Positions 58,203-64,000 of a stretch of DNA of 64,000 nt are shown in pieces (position 1 is the first letter of the stretch; the number at the start of each line of letters is the position of its first letter). Position numbers and translations under genes: made by a program. Origin of the DNA: Verrucomicrobiota bacterium (GTDB lineage Bacteria > Verrucomicrobiota > Verrucomicrobiia > Limisphaerales > Palsa-1400); NCBI GenBank assembly GCA_049510745.1, contig JBEKYR010000005.1:64001-128000 (forward strand). The letters run 5' to 3'. The notes under the pieces are model-generated. The model worked only from the letters and a program-made list of their open reading frames with translations, was not told where the DNA came from and made no database searches.

Positions 58203-58556
58203 TTAATCAATGAGAGAATTCTCCCTGCCCCAGGCCAACCAAGCCGCTACCGCCTCCTTAAAATTGGCGATCCCATTGGCTGGATTTCTTCTGGAAATTG
58301 CCTCAAGCGCCCAGAGCCAATCTCCGCCGCGATCTCTTAATTCTCGCAGGATCAATGGCAACGCGCCCCTGCCCATCCCGATGATTTTCTGGTAAGCCGG
58401 ATGGACCGCCTTTTGGCGGATAAAGGACATCATTCTTGTTTCGCGATACCATTGTTCGGCAAGCTCTCTGAACTCATGTTCCAACTCGAACTCAAGCCAA
58501 GACGGAACGCCGGGGGCATCGGCTGATGTTGCTTCTTCTGCCATAATTTCTGTCAA
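58203..58556 (-). CDS. Small helical hypothetical protein (HPAYQxIIGMG motif)
   Basis: FRELAEQWYRET...HPAYQKIIGMG..ALPLILREL....WLWAL; GGAG upstream; 6 bp from the partner gene. Confidence 0.7.
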   Translation of the reverse strand: MTEIMAEEATSADAPGVPSWLEFELEHEFRELAEQWYRETRMMSFIRQKAVHPAYQKIIGMGRGALPLILRELRDRGGDWLWALEAISRRNPANGIANFKEAVAAWLAWGRENSLID

Positions 58557-58581
58557 AATATAGTCTCCTGCTTCAATATGG

Positions 58582-58756
58582 TCAATGCAATCTGCATTTG
58601 CAGAATATATCCTGATTGATTTGTTCCTGCCGCCGGTGGCGGATCATCTCACGCATGTATTCGCTCATGGAATCAAAGGCGTGCGCTTCCGAATCCGACC
58701 CGCGCGAACTCCGCCAGCTCCGGGTTCAACGAAATGCTTATGGTCACGGCTTTCAT
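58582..58756 (-). pseudogene. Frameshifted ribbon-helix-helix (ParD-like) antitoxin
   Basis: MKAVTISISLNPELAEFAR, one extra base near 58700, then SDSEAHAFDSMSEYMREMIRHRRQEQI. Confidence 0.6.
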
Positions 58757-58833
58757 GCCGTCAAAATAATCCGTCGGCAATGTATGTCAAAAGTCCGGTT
58801 AAGAGGCCCTCGGCGCCTGCGGCAAAAAATCAA

Positions 58834-58860
58834 AGAGGCCGGGTTTTTGGCCCGGCCTCT
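58834..58860 (-). terminator. Intrinsic-terminator-like hairpin
   Basis: AGAGGCCGGG / CCCGGCCTCT 10-bp stem, followed on the minus strand by TTGATTTTTT. Confidence 0.65.
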
Positions 58861-59094
58861 CCGACTGAGAACAGAACAAACGCTTAAAAATCGTTTAGCA
58901 GACCAAGGCAGCGCCGCGGAACATTACGCTGACACACACACACGGAAACCGCATTTCGCCCCGTCAACTATCCACAGCTTACCTCATCCCGAAAAACCCG
59001 CCAGTCACCAGTACTGGGGACAAGGGCGCACACCCGTTTCCGGCAACCCCATTGTCCACAGGAGATCATGGCCCGCGGCAAACAGGCCCGCAAG

Positions 59095-59176
59095 AATGAC
59101 GAATGTCTAAGCTCTAATGACGAAACAATGACGAAGCCCGAATGACGAGGGTGCTTCCGGTTCCGTATTCGTCATT
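59095..59176. repeat. AATGACGAA short-repeat cluster with one inverted copy
   Basis: Copies at 59095, 59116, 59127, 59141 (last ends G); inverted TTCGTCATT 59168-59176. Confidence 0.7.
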
Positions 59177-59322
59177 TTCCCCGGGCGATTGCGGCTTCCC
59201 CTCCAGCGGCAGCAACGAGTGTCCAAAGAGTGAGACGCGCGCCCAGGGCCGAAGGCCGTTCCCGATGGAATTCCGTGGAAAAATTCCGGGAAAGTGAGAC
59301 AGTATCCCTGTCAGATCATGCC

Positions 59323-61287
59323 ATGAAGACTGCCGCTGCCAACGCTCGTCGCAGGCGCCGTTGCGCGCCCGTCCCGCTCCGGCTCTTCCTGCCCGCCTTG
59401 TTTTTTTTGATGGCGAAGCCTGCCTCGGCTCAACGCCCGCTGGGGACCGACGTTTCCCACTATCAAGGCGCGGGCATCAACTGGACGAACGTCAAGAATG
59501 ACGGCGTCTCGTTTGCGTGGGCCAAGGCGACCGAGGGGACGTATTACTTCGATGCGGATTTCACCCTGAACGAAGCCAATGCCAGGGCCGCCGGGGTGAT
59601 GATCGGAGCGTATCATTACGCCCGTCCGAGCGACGACACCAACTTGACGGGCGCGAACAGCGCGGAGAGCGAGGCGGCGTATTTTTGGAGCAAGGCCAGC
59701 AACTACGTGACCGGGGGCGGCGCCTATCTCATGCCGATGCTGGATTGGGAGGACGTGTATGTCACCAATGCCGGCCTCAATTTCACCGCGGCGGCCCTGT
59801 CGCAGTGGGTCAACCAGTGGTGCAATGACGTGTCCAATTACGCCCGCGCCAACGGCGTGACGGTGCGGCCGGTGGTGTACACGGGCACCTGGTATTCCAA
59901 GCCGGGCGGCTATCCGGGATTGACCACCGCGGTGACAAATTGGGCATCGTGGATCGCCGATTACCCCAGTCATCCCAATCCCCAGACGGGCGCTCCCAGC
60001 GATGGTTCGAGCGACCCTTTCTTCCCGTGGACTTCCTGGAACATCTGGCAGTACGCCGACACCAACTGGTCGGGCGGCGATGCGGATGTGTTCAACGGCA
60101 CAACAAACCAGTTCTGGCAACTCTTCCTCGTCGGCGGCGTCAACGGGCCGCGCATCACGACGAATCCCCCCAGCATGACGGTGGCTCAAGGATCGAATGC
60201 CACTTTGTCGGTGTCCGTATCCGGCGCGACGCCGTTGTACTATCATTGGCAGTTCGACGGAACGAATGTGGCCGCGGTGACCAATTTCAACACCAACACC
60301 GTGCAGTACGCCATTGCCAACGTCCAGTTGGCCAATGCCGGGAACTACGCGGCGCAGATCAGCAACGCCTACGGGACGGCGAGCAGCGCGCCGGCTTTTC
60401 TCTCGGTGACGGCGCCACTGTCAAACGCGGCCGGAGCTGTCATTGCCCCCGCCGGGCTGGTGAATTGGTGGCCGGCGAACGGGAACGCCATCGACATCGT
60501 CAGCGGCTGCAATGGCCTCGCCGCCAACGGGTTCTTTTACGCTCCGGGCGAGACGGGCCTGGCCTTTCACTTTGACGGCTCGACGGGTTACCTTTCGCTG
60601 ACGAACTCTCCGGCGGACGTTCCCGTGCCGTGGACGGCCTGCCTGTGGGTGTACCGGCAACAAACGCCGCAAACTTCGGCCGCTCTGCTTTCCGACGGCA
60701 CTTATACACTCAAGCTGGAGCAATGGAGTAAAACGCACCAAGTCGGCATGACGCAGTCAAGCGTGGCGGATTGGATTTTCACCAACTCAAACTACACCGT
60801 TCCGCTGCAAACCTGGACGCACCTCGCCTTTGTCGCCAGCGGCAGCGGCGCCGGCGGCCTGACGACGCTCTACGTGAACGGCGCGCAAGAAGGCATCCTG
60901 AACACGACCATTCCCCTGGGCCGAACCACCCTGGGCGCCACTTATGTCAGTTCCACCGATTACGTGGATTACCTGGAGGGCGCGATGGATGAGGTCATGA
61001 TTTTCAACCGGGCGCTGACGGCCGCCCAAATTCAGTCGATCTACAGCGCCGGGGCTTCCGGGCTGGTTCAGGCGCCGCAATTCCTCGGCTTGACACCAGT
61101 GGCCGGCGGGAATTGGACCCTGAATCTGGAAGGCTTGACCGGCAGGAATTTTACAATTGACTCCTCAACGGACTTGATCCGTTGGTCCGCGCTGGCGACG
61201 CTGGGAAACCCCGGCGGGACCGTTCTTTATACCGACACCAACGCCGGCTCCAGCCCGGCCACGTTCTACCGGGCCATTCAGCCGTAG
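59323..61287 (+). CDS. Secreted GH25 lysozyme/muramidase with Ig-like and LamG domains
   Basis: GTDVSHYQG, KATEG, GAYHYA, LDWE, IWQY; Ig-like YHWQFDG; LamG WTHLAFV, MDEVMIFNRAL; C-terminal STDL..W...FYRA. Confidence 0.9.
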   Translation: MKTAAANARRRRRCAPVPLRLFLPALFFLMAKPASAQRPLGTDVSHYQGAGINWTNVKNDGVSFAWAKATEGTYYFDADFTLNEANARAAGVMIGAYHYARPSDDTNLTGANSAESEAAYFWSKASNYVTGGGAYLMPMLDWEDVYVTNAGLNFTAAALSQWVNQWCNDVSNYARANGVTVRPVVYTGTWYSKPGGYPGLTTAVTNWASWIADYPSHPNPQTGAPSDGSSDPFFPWTSWNIWQYADTNWSGGDADVFNGTTNQFWQLFLVGGVNGPRITTNPPSMTVAQGSNATLSVSVSGATPLYYHWQFDGTNVAAVTNFNTNTVQYAIANVQLANAGNYAAQISNAYGTASSAPAFLSVTAPLSNAAGAVIAPAGLVNWWPANGNAIDIVSGCNGLAANGFFYAPGETGLAFHFDGSTGYLSLTNSPADVPVPWTACLWVYRQQTPQTSAALLSDGTYTLKLEQWSKTHQVGMTQSSVADWIFTNSNYTVPLQTWTHLAFVASGSGAGGLTTLYVNGAQEGILNTTIPLGRTTLGATYVSSTDYVDYLEGAMDEVMIFNRALTAAQIQSIYSAGASGLVQAPQFLGLTPVAGGNWTLNLEGLTGRNFTIDSSTDLIRWSALATLGNPGGTVLYTDTNAGSSPATFYRAIQP

Positions 61288-61311
61288 GCAGCCGCCGGGC
61301 GGAGTTGTCAA

Positions 61312-62763
61312 TTACAAATTGAATCCCGGGCCGCCCGCCGGCCCGCCGCGCCGGGGGTTTTTCCCGGCGGAGCCGCCGGGGAGATTCATCCAGTGATCGG
61401 CGCCGTTGCCTCCGGCGTCGAACGGGTCGAGCATGTGCAGCGAGCTGCCGCCTTCGGCCCCGATGACTTCCCAGTCGATGTAATAGGAGGCGCAGCCCTC
61501 GTCTTTGAGCAGGCGCATCGCCCGGGAACGGACGGCGGCGCGGGTGTTGTTCGGGGGCTGGCTGGCGGCTTGCGTGATTTCCTTGTGGGGCAATTCCCAC
61601 CCCGGCGGGTTTTGCGCCAGGGCGGCGCCCAGGCCGCGCGCGGGGTCAATCTGGTGATACTCCAGGTCCTGCGACTTGAGCCACGGATGGCTCCAGGGAA
61701 TGTTCTCCTGCTCGCAGAATTGCCGCAAGAGCCACCGCTTGGTGATCCAATCCACCTTGCCAACCAAGGCCTCGGGGTCTGTTGCCAGCGCCTGGAGCGT
61801 GTCGGCCCAAATGGACAGGAGCAGGTCCGTTTCGGCGTCGCGTCCCTGCAATTCCGCCTTCGCGGCTTGCTGGTAATCGAACAACAGGCTCACGGCATCG
61901 GCGCACCGGCCGTCGGCCAAGCGCACCAGCCACGGGCCGTCGGGTTGGTGGGAGAGGTTGCGAAACGCGGCCACGGCGTCGGCCAGCGCCGTTCTGGGCA
62001 GGCAATTTATTTCCAGCAAATCCAGCGCCAGCGCCGTGGTGCCCGCCTTCAAAAGGAGGCTGGCGGGCAAAACGTTGGTGTCGCCGTGCAGGAGGTGGAG
62101 GCGGCGGTATTTGCGGGCATCGGCCAGCGGCTCGTCGCGGGTGTTGATGATGGCGCGATTGAACTGCACCCACTCGAAAAGGTCGTTGTTGATGTAATCG
62201 GCCCGCTGGCTTATTTGGAAACTGTCTTCCACGCCGGGCCGCGCCGGTTCGCCGCGCGCCTCCGCCGCCAGGCTGGCGCCCACCCGCCCCGTGCTTACGT
62301 ACAACATGCGCAACGTCAGGAATGCCAGCAGCGACTGCACGTTCGCCTCCGTCAGGGGCGCGGTGCGGCGCACCAGGTAATTCTCGTGGCACCCGAAGGT
62401 CGTGCCGAAATAATGATCGATGTTGTTGCGGATGAAATGGATTTCACGCTCGGCCCGCATCGACTTGACAGCTTGCAGCAGGATGGCGTCGCCGGCTTGG
62501 TCGTAGCGCAAGACATCCAGCAGGCTCAGGCATTCGGGCGTGCAGTATTCCAGGTGGCCCATGTCGATGTAGCACCGGCCGCCGTTGAAGAGGAAACCGC
62601 CGTTGCCCGCCGGTTCGTCCCAATCCCGCTGATGCACGTCAATGAGGCCGAAGCGCTGCTCCTTGAAAATCCAGTCGCGCACCCGCGTGACGGCGGTGGC
62701 CGAGCCGGGAAATTCGGGGGTCAAACAACCATATTCTGTTTCCAGGCCAACGATCCGGTTCAT
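61312..62763 (-). CDS. pafA: Pup/UBact-protein ligase, PafA family
   Basis: GLETEYG, NGGRCYIDMGHLEYCTPEC, GCHENY, INTRDEPLAD, YRRLHL, DLEYH; start refined to ATG 62763. Confidence 0.88.
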   Translation of the reverse strand: MNRIVGLETEYGCLTPEFPGSATAVTRVRDWIFKEQRFGLIDVHQRDWDEPAGNGGFLFNGGRCYIDMGHLEYCTPECLSLLDVLRYDQAGDAILLQAVKSMRAEREIHFIRNNIDHYFGTTFGCHENYLVRRTAPLTEANVQSLLAFLTLRMLYVSTGRVGASLAAEARGEPARPGVEDSFQISQRADYINNDLFEWVQFNRAIINTRDEPLADARKYRRLHLLHGDTNVLPASLLLKAGTTALALDLLEINCLPRTALADAVAAFRNLSHQPDGPWLVRLADGRCADAVSLLFDYQQAAKAELQGRDAETDLLLSIWADTLQALATDPEALVGKVDWITKRWLLRQFCEQENIPWSHPWLKSQDLEYHQIDPARGLGAALAQNPPGWELPHKEITQAASQPPNNTRAAVRSRAMRLLKDEGCASYYIDWEVIGAEGGSSLHMLDPFDAGGNGADHWMNLPGGSAGKNPRRGGPAGGPGFNL

Positions 62764-62786
62764 AAACGCGCCTTGCCCAAAAAACG

Positions 62787-63527
62787 TCAAAGTCCCAGTT
62801 CCGAAATCGTTGGCGCCTGGTAGCGCGCCGGGCGCGGGCTTTGCCGCGCCAGCCACCCGATCTCGACCGTCTTGCCCCGGACGCTTTCCCGCCAGCCGGC
62901 CCGCCGCGCCGCCTCGTCCGGCCCCGGTTCGGTCCACGACTTTTGCTCCGACATCCGCCACCAGGCCTGCAAGAGAACCTCCGCCGCCTCCGCGCGGCTG
63001 GTTTTGTTCTTGACGGCCTCGTTGAGCCACTTTTGGGCGGCGGCTTCGGCTTCCGGGTCGGGCGCCGCGATCATCGCGCCGCCGAACTGCGTCTGGTACG
63101 CCCCGTCAAAATGGAGGCGGAAAAACAGGTCGTGCGCCGGGTCCGCCCCCAGCTCGGCCAGGAGCGCCTCGACCAGGAACGGGGCGCTGAAAATCTGCTC
63201 GAAATTGGTTTTCAACTGCGGCCCCAACCCGAAACCGACCAGCCGCCGCAAACTCACGTCCTCCGGCGCCCGTGTAAAGGCCTCGATATGCGCGGCGTCG
63301 ATGGCCGCCTGGCGTATCTTCTCGATGTCCGCCGGATGTCCCAGCCCGGCCAGCGCGTGGCGGTCAAACAACTCGAACACCTTCGATTGGCCCCCGCCCA
63401 CGCCCAGCAGAAGGATGCCCTCGGGAAGGCTGGCGGCGAACACCGGCGAGCCGCCCTTGAGCTGCTCGCGCACGTATTCGCGGCGGTTGGCCACCGCCTC
63501 CAGCCAGCGATAGGGTTCCTCAGTCAT
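62787..63527 (-). CDS. prcA: 20S proteasome alpha subunit
   Basis: EEPYRW...RREYVREQLKGGSPV, KVFELFDR; lies between prcB and pafA. Confidence 0.82.
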   Translation of the reverse strand: MTEEPYRWLEAVANRREYVREQLKGGSPVFAASLPEGILLLGVGGGQSKVFELFDRHALAGLGHPADIEKIRQAAIDAAHIEAFTRAPEDVSLRRLVGFGLGPQLKTNFEQIFSAPFLVEALLAELGADPAHDLFFRLHFDGAYQTQFGGAMIAAPDPEAEAAAQKWLNEAVKNKTSRAEAAEVLLQAWWRMSEQKSWTEPGPDEAARRAGWRESVRGKTVEIGWLARQSPRPARYQAPTISELGL

Positions 63528-64000
63528 GCAAAAACTCCCGCTGCTGCTCGTCGGTGATGGTCTCGACCCCGGCCGGCCGCAACACCTTGATGGTGGCGTA
63601 AGTTTGGGTCGAGGGATTGACGCCCCCGGTGGCGGAATCAAACTCCGAGGCGGTCGAGAGCAAACGCGACCCAAACCGCACGGCCTCGCGCAAATTCATT
63701 TGCGACGGCGCGGGTTGTCCGTACCGCTCCTGAAAACTCAGGACGCTGCGAATGGTCGCCGACCCGGAGCCGGAGGCGGCGTAGCCGACCGCCTGGAATT
63801 GCGCGCCGAGCGGATCGTAAAAGAAAATCTGCGGTTTGGGCGGCGCGACCGAATGGTCCACCCCCGCGAAGAGCGGCACGACGATCCCAATGCCCTGCAT
63901 CGTCAGGGTCAGGTTGTCGCGCAGCAACCGCGCCAGGGCGCGCACCCGCGCGGGCAGGCTCAACGGCTGGAGCTGGCTGCGCCGGTAGTATTCAAAGGAG
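63520..64000 (-). CDS. prcB: 20S proteasome beta subunit (5' end outside the window)
   Basis: FFYDPLGA, ASGSGS, ASEFDSATGG. Confidence 0.88.
   Translation of the reverse strand, partial: SFEYYRRSQLQPLSLPARVRALARLLRDNLTLTMQGIGIVVPLFAGVDHSVAPPKPQIFFYDPLGAQFQAVGYAASGSGSATIRSVLSFQERYGQPAPSQMNLREAVRFGSRLLSTASEFDSATGGVNPSTQTYATIKVLRPAGVETITDEQQREFLHD

Noticed and set aside
62764..63030. N-terminal extension of the PafA ORF (and of the prcA ORF to 63674)
   Set aside because: Overlap the upstream genes; family-typical starts are at 62763 and 63527

Overview
GC-rich bacterial chromosomal window. Gene content (PEP-CTERM, H-X9-DG prepilin, MoxR/DUF58/BatA, Pup/UBact-type proteasome) suggests Verrucomicrobiota; this is an inference. 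Main blocks: (1) 1-9.9 kb, a lipid-modification/export cluster (B12 radical SAM, GT2, adenylate-forming enzyme, FabZ-like, LolA-like, MMPL-acyltransferase fusion); (2) housekeeping genes (tRNA-His, yraN, fhs, rnhB, lptE/bamD, ilvB with a Val-rich leader attenuator, fba, ubiE/menG, copA, half-carB, pafA/prcA/prcB); (3) AT-richer insertions (orphan 834-aa membrane protein, convergent MTase/endonuclease pair, toxin-antitoxin remnants). The standout is a ~4.96-kb element in the 3' end of tRNA-Asp (39-bp direct repeats at 46386-46424 and 51307-51345). It carries a rolling-circle HUH Rep with a hairpin origin candidate, a proteasome-beta-fold protein, a lipoprotein, HTH/Xis and a tyrosine integrase, but no capsid or conjugation genes. 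The att site lies inside the integrase reading frame, so excision is predicted to swap a 9-aa C-terminal tail for a 55-aa in-frame one. All product calls come from motif recognition by eye, with no database searches; several start codons are my refinements of the ORF track.
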